The notes below the pieces were generated by a model. That model saw only the letters and a list, made by a program, of their open reading frames with translations. It made no database searches and had not been told where the DNA came from. A stretch of DNA of 52,516 bases, taken from contig CAZZBZ010000008.1 in the NCBI GenBank assembly GCA_964653025.1, forward strand, positions 1 through 52,516, written 5' to 3'. Positions within the stretch are counted from its first letter, which is position 1, and each line of letters starts with the position of its first letter. Of this stretch, positions 32,722-42,640 are shown in pieces. The stretch comes from an uncultured Verrucomicrobiota bacterium. Lineage in GTDB: Bacteria; Verrucomicrobiota; Verrucomicrobiia; JABWAM01. Position numbers and translations under genes: made by a program.

Positions 32722-33059
32722 ACCTTCCCCACGACGCCACGCTGCTGCGCATTTTCATCGGCGAAAGCGACCGCTGGAAGCACCAGTCCCTTTACGAGGC
32801 GATCGTTCTCAAGGCGCGGGAGATGCACCTTGCGGGGGCCACCGTGCTGCGCGGCCCGATGGGTTTTGGGAAATCCAGCCGCCTGCATACGGCGAAGATC
32901 CTCCGCCTCTCGATGGACCTGCCGCTTGTCATCGAGATCGTGGATACTGAGGAGAAAATTCAGGGGTTCCTGCCGCTGCTCGACGAGATGATCAAGGGTG
33001 GCCTGGTCACGCTGGAGAAGGTGCGGGTGATCGATTACCGGGGCCAGCCCCCGGCCTGA
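32718..33059 (+). CDS. DUF190 (PII-like) protein
   Basis: LLRIFIGESD, AGATVLRG..GFG, LSMDLPLVIEIVD; usual crcB partner. Confidence 0.9.
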   Translation: MNLPHDATLLRIFIGESDRWKHQSLYEAIVLKAREMHLAGATVLRGPMGFGKSSRLHTAKILRLSMDLPLVIEIVDTEEKIQGFLPLLDEMIKGGLVTLEKVRVIDYRGQPPA

Positions 33060-33122
33060 AACGAACCAGGGATATCCAGCCCCGTCCCGTTTGGCTGTGG
33101 CATTGAGCGAGGTGCCTCTCCG

Positions 33123-33174
33123 CAGACTGCCGCCTGCTTGCCGCGCCGAGTTTGGCAGTAGAAAGGAGGGCACG
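33123..33174 (+). repeat. ~50-bp dispersed repeat, copy 1
   Basis: cagactgccgcctgcttgccgcgccgagtttggc...ggagggcacg; near-identical copy at 39252-39302. Confidence 0.65.
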
Positions 33175-33210
33175 GGAGAGCCCCGCCCGGCGCCATGCAC
33201 ATCTTCAAAA

Positions 33211-33277
33211 GTGGAGGGGCACGCTTCGTCGTGCCCTCAGTGACAGCAGATGGCCACGACGAAGCGTGGCCCTCCAC
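33211..33277. repeat. Inverted doublet of GGAG-headed REP-like palindromes
   Basis: gtggaggggcacgcttcgtcgtgccc and, on the minus strand, gtggagggccacgcttcgtcgtggcc; between convergent genes. Confidence 0.7.
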
Positions 33278-33307
33278 TCAGAGCAGAGGCAGATCAATGG
33301 CAATTGC

Positions 33308-34126
33308 TCAGGACCGACTGCGGTTGAGGGGGGGCGAGGAGACGAGGAGATTGGCGCGCGCGGCGTAGTCCCGGATGCCGTCGGTGATGGCGCGTGCGAG
33401 TTTTTCCTGCCAGGCGTCCGTGGCGATCTTGCTTCCCTCCTCGGGATTCGAGAGGAAGCCCGCCTCGATGAGGATTGCCGGGATCGGGGTTTCGCGCAGG
33501 ACGATGAACCATGCCTCTTTGACCCCGCGGTTCTTCATGCCCGGGAGCGCCTCGAGGCGCCCCCCGATGCAGCGGGCGAGGGTGAGGTTGCTCGATCGGG
33601 AGTCGTTGACGGTCGCGTAGCCGGAGGGCGCGCGGGAGCCCTGGGTCGAGCGCGTGCCGGGGCGCGGCATCACGTAGATCTCGAAGCCGTGCGGGCGTTG
33701 GTTGGCCGCCGAAAGCTTCGTGGCCTGCTGCTTCCGCGAGCTGCGGTTGAAGTGGATGCTGACAAAGATCCAGTCGCGGTATTCGGAGCGCGAGGCGATG
33801 GCAATCCGCTCCTCGAGGGTTACGAAGGTGTCCGAGTCCCGCGTGAAGGCTGTGCGGAAGCCCGCCTGCTGGAGGAGGGAGGAGGCCTTGCGGGCGACGG
33901 CGAGGGTGCCGGTCTTTTCCTTGAAGCCGGCGGCGTTGATCGCGCCGTAGCATTCCTCACGCGAACTCTGCGGGGGTTCTCCCCCGTGGCCGGCGTCGAG
34001 GAGCACGCCGCGCACCGGCGCAAGCGGGCCGTTATCCGAGGAATCCGTGGTCACACAGCTGGTGAAAAGCGCCATGGAAACGATGCCCGTAAAGGCCGGG
34101 AAAAGAAAACGGGGGAGGGCAGGCAT
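33308..34126 (-). CDS. N-acetylmuramoyl-L-alanine amidase (Amidase_3), probable lipoprotein
   Basis: LLDAGHGG, EK, FVSIHFN, ILIEAGFLSN; lipobox-like FTSC. Confidence 0.88.
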   Translation of the reverse strand: MPALPRFLFPAFTGIVSMALFTSCVTTDSSDNGPLAPVRGVLLDAGHGGEPPQSSREECYGAINAAGFKEKTGTLAVARKASSLLQQAGFRTAFTRDSDTFVTLEERIAIASRSEYRDWIFVSIHFNRSSRKQQATKLSAANQRPHGFEIYVMPRPGTRSTQGSRAPSGYATVNDSRSSNLTLARCIGGRLEALPGMKNRGVKEAWFIVLRETPIPAILIEAGFLSNPEEGSKIATDAWQEKLARAITDGIRDYAARANLLVSSPPLNRSRS

Positions 34127-34207
34127 GAAACCAAGTAAACCGAAGTGAGGGGAAATGCAAAGGGGAGATCTCGATTCCTGTCTTCCCGTAGCGTAAAGAC
34201 TCCGAGT

Positions 34208-34666
34208 ATGTCGGGCGAACATCTCCTCGTGGACGGCTACAGCATGATCTTCCAGTGGGTGGAGCTGGTCGCCGCGCGGCGGCGCGGGATCGGCGCCGCG
34301 CGGGACGAGTTGATCCGCCTGCTCACGGCGTATCACGATCAAAAGGGGGGTGGGCTCACCGTGGTCTTCGATGGGCGCTCCCTCCCGCCCTCGGGGGAGG
34401 CGGTGCCCACGGGGGTGCGGGTGATCTATACAAAGAGCGGGCGCACTGCGGATGCGGAAATCGAGGGAATCGTCGGGGGATGCGTGGAACCGGGGCGCCT
34501 TCTCGTGGCGACCGATGACCGCGCGGAGCAGATGACGGTCGAGGCGCTCGGGGCCCGCACCGTTTCGGCGGAGATGTTTCGCGACATGGTCCTTGAGGCG
34601 GGGCGGGAACTGCGCGAGGAGATTGGACGGGCCACGGCGAAGGCAACGGCCTTCCGCCGCTACTGA
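34208..34666 (+). CDS. NYN domain protein (YacP/Rae1-like RNase)
   Basis: LLVDGYSMI, VVFDG, TADAEIE, VATDD. Confidence 0.85.
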   Translation: MSGEHLLVDGYSMIFQWVELVAARRRGIGAARDELIRLLTAYHDQKGGGLTVVFDGRSLPPSGEAVPTGVRVIYTKSGRTADAEIEGIVGGCVEPGRLLVATDDRAEQMTVEALGARTVSAEMFRDMVLEAGRELREEIGRATAKATAFRRY

Positions 34667-34690
34667 AGCCTTTGATCCTTTCGACGGGAC

Positions 34691-34758
34691 GCGCCGATTC
34701 CGTGTGGCGGAATCGGCGCACTCCTCTGTCCGTGAGCGTCCGTGTTTCATCCGTGGCT
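34691..34758 (+). repeat. Right half of the AGCCACGGAT-type MITE-like element
   Basis: GCCGATTCCGTGTGGCGGAATCGGC hairpin plus TCCGTGTTTCATCCGTGGCT, matching 47396-47462. Confidence 0.7.
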
Positions 34759-34822
34759 TCTGTCGGGGACCGAATCGCGTTGCGATTTTCGGCAAGGCGA
34801 CTATGTTGGAGTCAACTTTCCG

Positions 34823-35779
34823 ATGAACCGCCCCGTTGTCCCCGTTTGCACGTTGATCCTGGGTTTTGCGGCAGCGCTGGCGCTGCTCTACACGCCCGCG
34901 CCGTCCCGCGCCTCCATCCCGGAGATTTCCCCGGCGGTGACGCAGGCAACGCCGCCGCCGGCCCCCGAGGCTGTCCCTTCTCCCGTTCCGTCCCCGCAGC
35001 CCGTGGAGCCGTCGGCCGTGCCTCCAAAAGAGGAGCCCGCGAAGTTGAAGGAAGGGACCGCGGGGGTGCCGCCTGCCGTGCCCGCCGGCGAGGTGGCACG
35101 GCTCCCCGGGCTGGAGGCGCCGGTGCCCTCGTTCTCCTCGGGACCCATCGACCAGAAGCAGGTGGCCCTGACCTTCGACGACGGTCCGCACCCGACAATC
35201 ACGCCGTTGGTGCTTGACGAACTGCGTTCAAGGGGCGTGAAGGCGACCTTTTTTGTGATCGGCGACCGGGTGAAGGCTTACCCATGGGTGCTCCGCCAGA
35301 TTGTGGCCGAGGGGCATGAGATTGGCAACCACACCTACTCGCATCGTTTACTGACGGCGATGAGCACCGATCTCATCCGCCGTGAGATTGGGGAGACGCA
35401 GGCGGCGATCCGCAATGCGATCGGCTACGAGACACGGCTGTTCCGCCCGCCCTACGGGGCTTTTCGTCCCAGTGCGAATGCGATCCTCCGCGAGTACGGG
35501 TTGAACGTGATCCGCTGGTCGGTGGACCCTCGCGACTGGCGCAACCGCGATGCGCTGCTCATCTCCAACCACGTCACCCACCAGTCGAAGAACGGGGCGA
35601 TTATCCTCTGCCACGACATCCACCGCGCGACGCTCCATGCGCTCCCGGCCATCCTCGATACCCTGATCGCGGAGGGTTATGTGTTCAAGACGGTGGGTGA
35701 GCTTTGCGGACTCCCCCCGGCGCAGGTGATCACGGCGTCCCACATGCCGACCGCACCCGCACCTGAGGAGAAGAATTAG
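34823..35779 (+). CDS. Polysaccharide/peptidoglycan deacetylase (CE4) with signal anchor and Pro-rich linker
   Basis: TFDDGP, HTYSH, FRPPYG, DPRDW, LCHD. Confidence 0.9.
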   Translation: MNRPVVPVCTLILGFAAALALLYTPAPSRASIPEISPAVTQATPPPAPEAVPSPVPSPQPVEPSAVPPKEEPAKLKEGTAGVPPAVPAGEVARLPGLEAPVPSFSSGPIDQKQVALTFDDGPHPTITPLVLDELRSRGVKATFFVIGDRVKAYPWVLRQIVAEGHEIGNHTYSHRLLTAMSTDLIRREIGETQAAIRNAIGYETRLFRPPYGAFRPSANAILREYGLNVIRWSVDPRDWRNRDALLISNHVTHQSKNGAIILCHDIHRATLHALPAILDTLIAEGYVFKTVGELCGLPPAQVITASHMPTAPAPEEKN

Positions 35780-35790
35780 GCTACAGCAGT

Positions 35791-36657
35791 TCAGGGATAC
35801 ACCCCGACTGGCAGTTTCGTCTTCACGCGGATGCGATTGGCGATGTCGTCGAGTTCGAGGGCGCTGAGCGCCGTCGCCCAGGTCTCTGGCGTCGGGCGTG
35901 CCACGGTATAGGCCTGCACCTCGCGGATTCGGCATCCCGCCGCCTTGAAGCGGTTCAGGTGACCGCAGTACGCCGAGATCTCCTCCGCCGCCGGCCCCGC
36001 GCCGCGAATCTTGAGAAAGAGGCTCTGGATGCAGATGGGCCGTGCCTTCCCGGTTTCCTCGAGGTTCTTGAGGATCCGGTCGAAGCGGATGTTGGAGCGG
36101 TTCACGAGGCGGTAGTAATCCTCGGTTCCGGCGTCGAGTTTGCCCCAGATTTCGCCCTGGTTCGTGTCGAGGATTTTCAACCCCTTCTTCACCGAGTCGC
36201 GGTCGAGCCCGCCGGCGTCGGTGATCAGGACGATCTTTACGGAATCCCCCACGGTTTCCCGCTTCACGCGGGCGACGAGGTCGCAGACCTCGGCAAAGGG
36301 GGCGAAGGTGGTCGGCTCGCCGTCGCCCGAAAAGGCGAGGTCGTTGAGTCGTCGTGCTCCCGGCGGCGCGAGGGAGAACGGCGGGTTACGAAAAAGCTCA
36401 CCCGACTTCCAGCACTCGATCATCGCGCGGAGTTCGCGTTCGAGCACGGGAAAATCCACCTCGCGGGCGCGCGGCGGCGCTTTGCGGTCCACCTCGCAGT
36501 AGACGCAGTCGAAGTTGCACGCCTTGTCGGGGTTGAGGTTTACCCCGATCGAGACCCCGTGCGAGCGCCGCGAAATTACCGGGTAGATGTAGAGAAAGTC
36601 CCTCCACGACCTCCGGTGGTCGCGGTGTGCGTCGAGATGGGGGTGGGCCTCGGCCAT
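35791..36657 (-). CDS. Radical SAM protein, uncharacterised family
   Basis: YPVISRRS.GVSIGVNL, CNFDCVYC, FSGDGEPT, KLDAG. Confidence 0.88.
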   Translation of the reverse strand: MAEAHPHLDAHRDHRRSWRDFLYIYPVISRRSHGVSIGVNLNPDKACNFDCVYCEVDRKAPPRAREVDFPVLERELRAMIECWKSGELFRNPPFSLAPPGARRLNDLAFSGDGEPTTFAPFAEVCDLVARVKRETVGDSVKIVLITDAGGLDRDSVKKGLKILDTNQGEIWGKLDAGTEDYYRLVNRSNIRFDRILKNLEETGKARPICIQSLFLKIRGAGPAAEEISAYCGHLNRFKAAGCRIREVQAYTVARPTPETWATALSALELDDIANRIRVKTKLPVGVYP

Positions 36658-36736
36658 GCCCTCATCCTACGCCCCTTCCCCGCGAATCCAAAACGGGAAA
36701 ACGAAGGTGCCCCGCTCTAGCTTTGTGCTTTGGGAT

Positions 36737-39190
36737 TCAAACCCGGGCTTCGGGAAGCGTCCAGAAATCCTCGAAGGCGCGCTCCCAGGTGCGGCGGCCC
36801 ATGCTCTTGCGCGCCGCATCCCCCATTTTCCGCCGCAGGGAATCATCCGAAGCCAGACGGCGCATTGCCGCGAGAAGCGCGATGGCATCCTGCCCCGGAA
36901 CCACGAGGCCCGTCTCGCCGTCGCGCACCAACTCGCGTGGGCCACCGACGTCGGTGACAATCGTTGGCAGCCCCGAGGCCTGGGCCTCAAGGACGACGTT
37001 GCCGAAGGTGTCCGTGGTGCTTGGGAAGACGAATGCGTCGGCCGAGGCGTAGGCGCGGGCGAGGGCCTCACCCGAGAGGAAGCCCGTAAAAATCACCCCC
37101 ACGGCCGTGAGGCGGCGGCGCAGCTCGACGAGGTAGGGGCCGTCGCCCACGAGGGCGAGGGTGGCGGAAGGAATTTCTGCGTGGAGTTTGAGCCATGCCT
37201 CGGCGAGCGCGTCGAGATTCTTCTCCTTTGAGATGCGGCCGACATAGAGGAAGCGAATGCTCCCGTTGGCGCCGAACATCTCCCAAAACCTCGGGTCGCG
37301 TTTCTCGGGGGAGAAGCCTTGGCAGTCGATTCCGCGCGGCATAAGGCGCAAGCGGTCCGCGGAAAACCCGCGATTGAGGAGGAGGAGGCGGTAGGCCTCA
37401 CTCGGCACATAGACGATGTCCACGAGGCCGTAGAACCACTCCATGTACTTCCAGGTGAGGCTGCCCATCGCCTCGTCCTCGGTGAGGACGCGGACGTACT
37501 GGGGGAAATCGGTGTGGTAGATGCCGGCGGTGCGGAGGCCGAGGAGTTTGCCGGCAAGAATTCCCGCGAGCCCGACCGGCCCGGGTGTGCTGGCCACCAC
37601 CTCGGAAAATCGTCCACGCCAGCAGTGTTCCACGACATCGAGCAACGGGGGAAAGGAGAGTTCCAGCCCGTCGTACTCCTTGAGGCGAAACTCGCCCATG
37701 GGGGGGAAGTTGTGGATGGGAAGATGGGTCGGGGCGAGCCGCGACTTCGAGACGATCACCTCGATGTCAGCGCCGAGGTGGCCCGCCACCTCGCAGATCT
37801 TCTCGATCGTGTGGGAAACGCCATTGAAGTCCTGCAAAGTGTCGGTGAACCACGCGCGGCGGCGGTGCGAAATCTCCTCCGGCTCGCGTCCCAGGAAGCG
37901 ACGGCTCGCCTCGGCCATCAGGCCGCGATCCTTTGAGTCGTGCTTGAAGGCAACGAGGTAGGGTGCGGCGCCGAGGGCAATCGGCCCGAGAGCGCTGATC
38001 GCCTGGAGGCAGTCGATGATATTTCCCTCGGAAGCCTTTTCGATGATACGGCGAAAAAAGGTGTAGCTGAGGTGGTTGACGATCCGGCTCGCGATGCGAA
38101 AGGAGCGCACCTCGACCTCTTCGTTGGCGGCGAGGTCGCCCGCTACCACCTTGCGGAAGCTGTCCTCGCGGAAGAGGCTCGAGAGCTGGGCGCTGAGGGA
38201 GAGATCCCTTTCCGCCGCGGTCTTGCGTCGGCCAGTCACCTTTCGCGCCGCATGGCGGAGGCGCTCACCGAACGAGAAACGGGTGGGATTCTGCCCGGCC
38301 ACGAAGTTCTCGAAGACCTTCACCATCAACTCGTGGCCGCTGCGCGAGCCGCGCTTGAGCTTGTCCGAGTAGTAGAGGTACGCGATGTTGTAGAGGCTGT
38401 GCGAGAGAGTGAGCGGCGAGCCGGCTCGCCCCCCGAAGGTGCACCGCCCCGCGCGAACGTGGTCGAGGAAGGCTGCGGGATCGGCCGCCGCCGGGGTCTC
38501 CGTCCACGCCCGCGCGATGAAGACGCTCGAGTGGTCGTCCGACCCACCCGTAAAAAACTTCACGTGTGGCTCAGGCACGGCCGGCGCGATCCCGTGGCGG
38601 TCGGCGAGTTGCGCGATCACCTCCGGGGTGAGCGCGCGGAGGATGTCCACGGCAAGCGAGTTGAGGAGCGCGTTGCGGGAACCGTTGAGGCCCTCGAAGT
38701 GCTTGAAAAGCAGGATCAGCTTCTCGAACTGATCGAGGGTGAGGCGCGCATTGTTCTGGTAGAAAGGGTGCGCCACCGAGTGGAGAATTCCCTTCTCGCG
38801 GAGCCACGTGGCGAGATCCACAAGGTCGCCACGGACCTTCTGGATTTCGCGGTGGAGCGCCTCGGTGAGACCCCAGGCGAGGATGTGCACCTTGCAGCCG
38901 TTCTCGGGAAAATAGGTGGTGATCTCTTCACCAACGATCACCTCCCCGGGGTGCCTCGCAAGGAGATCGAGAGCACCGGCTACCTCGTTATGGTCGGAGA
39001 TGGTCACGAACCGCATCCCTGCCGCCCGCGCCCGCTCCCAGACAGTCTCCGGTTCCGTGAAGCACTCGGGCGCGCTGACACGCCGCAGGATCCATTCCGA
39101 AGGGCGGTCGGAATGCCGCGAGTGGACGTGGAGATCCACGCGGATGGCGTTTTCCGCTGCGGCAGGGCTGGTGAAATCCGCATTCGGCAT
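36737..39190 (-). CDS. PHP-domain / glycosyltransferase family 4 fusion
   Basis: N-terminal DLHVHS, SDHN, AHP, GGSDDH (PHP); C-terminal YVGRISKEKN, FPSTTDTFGNVVLEAQASGLP (GT4). Confidence 0.88.
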   Translation of the reverse strand: MPNADFTSPAAAENAIRVDLHVHSRHSDRPSEWILRRVSAPECFTEPETVWERARAAGMRFVTISDHNEVAGALDLLARHPGEVIVGEEITTYFPENGCKVHILAWGLTEALHREIQKVRGDLVDLATWLREKGILHSVAHPFYQNNARLTLDQFEKLILLFKHFEGLNGSRNALLNSLAVDILRALTPEVIAQLADRHGIAPAVPEPHVKFFTGGSDDHSSVFIARAWTETPAAADPAAFLDHVRAGRCTFGGRAGSPLTLSHSLYNIAYLYYSDKLKRGSRSGHELMVKVFENFVAGQNPTRFSFGERLRHAARKVTGRRKTAAERDLSLSAQLSSLFREDSFRKVVAGDLAANEEVEVRSFRIASRIVNHLSYTFFRRIIEKASEGNIIDCLQAISALGPIALGAAPYLVAFKHDSKDRGLMAEASRRFLGREPEEISHRRRAWFTDTLQDFNGVSHTIEKICEVAGHLGADIEVIVSKSRLAPTHLPIHNFPPMGEFRLKEYDGLELSFPPLLDVVEHCWRGRFSEVVASTPGPVGLAGILAGKLLGLRTAGIYHTDFPQYVRVLTEDEAMGSLTWKYMEWFYGLVDIVYVPSEAYRLLLLNRGFSADRLRLMPRGIDCQGFSPEKRDPRFWEMFGANGSIRFLYVGRISKEKNLDALAEAWLKLHAEIPSATLALVGDGPYLVELRRRLTAVGVIFTGFLSGEALARAYASADAFVFPSTTDTFGNVVLEAQASGLPTIVTDVGGPRELVRDGETGLVVPGQDAIALLAAMRRLASDDSLRRKMGDAARKSMGRRTWERAFEDFWTLPEARV

Positions 39191-39251
39191 GACGCTCCGC
39201 AGCGTAAAGCCCCCGCTCCCTCGCGGCAAGCAACAGATGGGTGACGTCCCT

Positions 39252-39302
39252 CAGACTGCCGCCTGCCTGCCGCGTTGAGTTTGGCGCAGGCAGGAGGGTA
39301 CG
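39252..39302 (+). repeat. ~50-bp dispersed repeat, copy 2 (contains CCTGCCTGC...GCAGGCAGG hairpin)
   Basis: cagactgccgcctgcctgccgcgttgagtttggcgcaggcaggagggtacg. Confidence 0.65.
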
Positions 39303-39472
39303 AACTCCGTCAGGCGAGCATGGAAAGCATCGTGGACGCTGCCCATATCCACGAGTTCTGCGATAGTCGAAATAACAATCCGCGCATGAACGGAGTGTAT
39401 TTGAATCCGAACCCCGATCCAACCACCGGCGCGGATGGTACGGACCGTGGGAGTGCGGCAAGAAGGAGGGTG

Positions 39473-39531
39473 GAGCCCTTGAGTTTCTTAATGTCGCCAG
39501 CGAGGCCTTTTTCCAACAAAAGTTTTATGTT
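39473..39531 (-). pseudogene. Possible RelE/ParE-type toxin fragment
   Basis: AT-rich patch reading NIKLLLEKGLAGDIKKLKG, resembling the GD(V/I)KKL motif of RelE-family toxins; the following YRLRVG is absent. Confidence 0.35.
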
Positions 39532-39947
39532 CGGCGGAAGATGGGCCCAGGTTGGGCTCGCGCCCGGTACCGGGCGCGGGATTCGCGGACGTGGAAGCCG
39601 ATCTGGGGGCGGGGCGGATCCGGCGGTGCCATGAGCTGCCGGATTGCCTCGAAAAGCGTACGGATGCTGGCGTCGTGACCCTCGATCTTCCTCTCCAGTG
39701 CTCCCAGCTTTACGGCAAGATCCTTGTGCAGCAAGAGAGTCTCCCGCAGCCGCACGAAGGCCCGCATGATCGCCACGTTCACCTGCGCCGCACGCGGGCT
39801 TCGCAGCACGCTCGAAAGCATCGCCACGCCCTCCTGCGTGAAGGCATACGGCAGGTACTTGATGTTCGTTCCCCGCTTCAAGGTGCCAGTTTGGCACCTT
39901 GAACCTTGGGGTTGAGAGGTTTCGTCTTCCGTCAGGCGGAACATGAA
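39525..39947 (-). pseudogene. 5'-truncated ORF6N domain gene
   Basis: Begins at FMFRLT, keeps PYAFTQEGVAMLSSVL, NVAIMRAF, PQIGFHVRE; lacks the N-terminal RGQKVMLD...RFP segment present in the 27396 copy. Confidence 0.75.
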
Positions 39948-40056
39948 AGTCGGAGAAAGGAAGCTACTTTTCGTTGTGCCCCGCACGAAAACACCAAAGA
40001 AAAGCACCGGAACACTAGACGGGGAAAGTAAAATGAGGAAAGCTGACGAAAGCCAT

Positions 40057-41643
40057 ATGACCGATCCCCTCAAAGACGGAACGTTGCGCCAGCGGTTGCA
40101 GGGAGGCCGCTTCTGCTATGGCGTCGAGTTGGTGACCACTCGCGGCTTCGTGTCGCCCGAAATGCCGAACAAGCTGGTCGAGGTCGGACGGCAGCTCGCC
40201 GGCGATGCGCGCGTGGACTGGCTCTCGATTACCGACAACCCGGGCGGGAACATGATGCTGCCGCCCGACTGGTTGGGCCGCATCCTCGGGGGAAAGCACA
40301 AGCCCATCGTCCTCCACCTCACCTGCAAGGACGTGAACCGCAATGGCCTGGAATCCACGGCGTGGAAGTACGCCTCGGAGGGGTTCGAGAACATCCTGGC
40401 GATGACGGGCGATTACCCGCGCAACGGTTTTGGCGGGGCGGCGACGCCGGTCTTCGACATCGACTCGGTGGGGCTCATCCAGATGTTGAACGCGATGAAC
40501 CAGGGTCTCCCGGTGCCGGGGAGAAAGGGCGAGACGACGATCCTGCCGAAGACGAACTTCTTCATCGGCTGCGCGGTCTCCCCCTTCAAGCGCTACGAGC
40601 GCGAGCTGATGCCGCAGTACTTCAAGTTTCTCCGCAAGATCTCGGCCGGGGCCCAACTCGCCTACTGCCAACTCGGCTACGACATGCGGAAGTTTTACGA
40701 GGTGCTGCTCCTCCTCAAGAACCACGGAATCTCGATGCCGGTCATCGGGAATGTCTACCTGCTCAACCGCACGGTGGCGGAACTCTTCCACCGCCGTCAG
40801 GTCCCCGGCTGCGTCGTGAGCGACCCGCTCATGGAACTGTGCAACCGCTACGCCGCGGGGCCGGACAAGGGGCGCGAGTTCTTCCTCGACCTCGCCGCGA
40901 AGCAGCTCGCGGTCTTCAAGGGCCTTGGCTTCGCCGCCGGGTACCTCGGGGGCACCTCAAAGGCCGAGACCTTCCTCGAGATGATCGACCGCGCGGAGCG
41001 CTTCGGGCCGAACGACTGGAAGGAGTTCGCGAAGGAGATCCAGTTCTGCCAGCCGGACGAGTTCTACCTCTTCGAGCGCGATCCCGCCACGGGGCTCGGC
41101 GCACCGGACCAGATCAATCGCGAGTACCTGAAGTCCTTGCAGGACCCCCCCTCCACGAAGGAGGACGGGGTGGCCTACCGGATGTCGCGCTTCCTCCACG
41201 ACAAGGTCTTCACCCCAGGCACCCCCGGTTTCCGCCTCATGCAGCGGCTCTATGGCTGGCTCGAGAATCGCCCGTCGCTTGCGAAGGGCATGCATACCAT
41301 CGAGCACGCGGGCAAGGTGGCATGGTTCGGCTGCCGCGATTGCGGCGACTGCAGCCTCCCCGACTGCGGCTACCTCTGCCCGACAGTCTCCTGCTCGAAG
41401 AACGCGCGTAACGGCCCGTGTGGCGGCTCGCGCGAGGGTCGCTGCGAGCTCGACGACAAGGAGTGCATCTGGTCGCGTGCCTACGAGCGTCTCAAGGCTT
41501 ACGGCGAGACCGAGCACATGATCGAGGGCCCCGCCATCCTCTACAACGCCCGCCTCAAGGGCACCTCCTCCTGGTCGAACACCTTCCTCGGCCGCGACCA
41601 CTTCGCCGCCAAGCCCCCGACGACGACGGAGAAAAATTCGTAG
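40057..41643 (+). CDS. metF: Methylenetetrahydrofolate reductase fused to a C-terminal MetV-like (MTHFR_C) Cys-rich domain
   Basis: ITDNPGG, HLTCKD.NR, LAMTGD, K..AGA..CQLGYD; C-terminal CRDCGDC...CP..CSKNARNGPCGG...C......CIW. Start may be 40033. Confidence 0.88.
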   Translation: MTDPLKDGTLRQRLQGGRFCYGVELVTTRGFVSPEMPNKLVEVGRQLAGDARVDWLSITDNPGGNMMLPPDWLGRILGGKHKPIVLHLTCKDVNRNGLESTAWKYASEGFENILAMTGDYPRNGFGGAATPVFDIDSVGLIQMLNAMNQGLPVPGRKGETTILPKTNFFIGCAVSPFKRYERELMPQYFKFLRKISAGAQLAYCQLGYDMRKFYEVLLLLKNHGISMPVIGNVYLLNRTVAELFHRRQVPGCVVSDPLMELCNRYAAGPDKGREFFLDLAAKQLAVFKGLGFAAGYLGGTSKAETFLEMIDRAERFGPNDWKEFAKEIQFCQPDEFYLFERDPATGLGAPDQINREYLKSLQDPPSTKEDGVAYRMSRFLHDKVFTPGTPGFRLMQRLYGWLENRPSLAKGMHTIEHAGKVAWFGCRDCGDCSLPDCGYLCPTVSCSKNARNGPCGGSREGRCELDDKECIWSRAYERLKAYGETEHMIEGPAILYNARLKGTSSWSNTFLGRDHFAAKPPTTTEKNS

Positions 41644-41725
41644 TGGCGACGGACCTGCCGCATCTTCCCCCTTTCATCATCCCTCCTTCAGCCTATAGCC
41701 TACGGCCTACAACCTTCCTCATCCC

Positions 41726-42589
41726 ATGCCCATCCCCGGACTCAAAATCATCGGCGAGTCGATCAACGACTCGGTTCCCTCCACCCACAAGCTCTACGAA
41801 GCCAACGACATCAATGGCATCGTTGAGCTGGCGAAGACCCAGGACCAGAAGGGCGCCCACTTCATCGACGTGAACGTCGGCCGCCGCACCGCCGCGTTCA
41901 TGGCCGACATGGTGCGCCGCGTCCAGGCCGTCACCGCGAAGCCGCTCTCCATCGACACCCCCGATCCCGAGATCGCCGAGGCCGGGCTCAGGGCCTACGA
42001 CCCCGCGCGCGCCGGGGGCCACCCGCCGATCCTCAACTCGATCTCCCCGCTCCGCCTCGGGATGTTCGATCTCGTGAAGGTCTGCCCCTTCATGCCGATC
42101 CTCATGGTCTCCGAGCGCGTCGAGAACGGCGACGGCCTGCCCAACCGCACCGCCGAGGAGACCGCCCGCACCGCGAAGCAGATGCTCGAAGCGGCCCACA
42201 AGGCGGGGCTCAAGAATGCCGACTGCATCTTCGACCCCGGCATCGCGCCGATCGCAAGCGATACCGACGGCAACCTCAAACGCCTCCTCGACACGCTGAA
42301 GCTCATGCACGACGACCCGACCTTCAAGGGCGTCCACGCCTCGGTCGGCCTCAGCAACTTCACCGTGATGCTTCCCCCGAAGCGCGCCGATGGCGCCCCC
42401 GTCAAGGGGCCGCTCGAGAGCGCCTTCCTCACCCTCGCCGTGCCGCTCGGCCTCGACATGGTCATCGGTTCCGTCGCCCGCAAGTACGAGGTCCTCGCCT
42501 CCGACCATCCCGCGATGGCGTGTGTCCGCGAGGTCCTCGGCATGGAGGGCTTCGATGGCATCCTGCGCGTGAAGGAGTTTTACTCCTGA
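41726..42589 (+). CDS. Pterin-binding methyltransferase (AcsE/MeTr-like or split MetH folate domain)
   Basis: IIGESIN, IDVNVG, PLSIDT, ILNSI, FDPG, VGLSN. Confidence 0.8.
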   Translation: MPIPGLKIIGESINDSVPSTHKLYEANDINGIVELAKTQDQKGAHFIDVNVGRRTAAFMADMVRRVQAVTAKPLSIDTPDPEIAEAGLRAYDPARAGGHPPILNSISPLRLGMFDLVKVCPFMPILMVSERVENGDGLPNRTAEETARTAKQMLEAAHKAGLKNADCIFDPGIAPIASDTDGNLKRLLDTLKLMHDDPTFKGVHASVGLSNFTVMLPPKRADGAPVKGPLESAFLTLAVPLGLDMVIGSVARKYEVLASDHPAMACVREVLGMEGFDGILRVKEFYS

Positions 42590-42640
42590 ACAGGGGGGGG
42601 TGAAGGGCGGCCCTCCCGGCCGTTGCCTCACGTCTCTGCC

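Noticed and set aside
33308-35191. 627-aa amidase fusion ORF
   Set aside because: The amidase begins at 34126 with a signal/lipobox; the extension is antisense to the NYN and deacetylase genes
41726-42589. Dihydropteroate synthase folP
   Set aside because: Lacks FolP motifs (TPDSFSDG, SRK); IGESIN and GLSN plus the context fit AcsE/MetH-type methyltransferases
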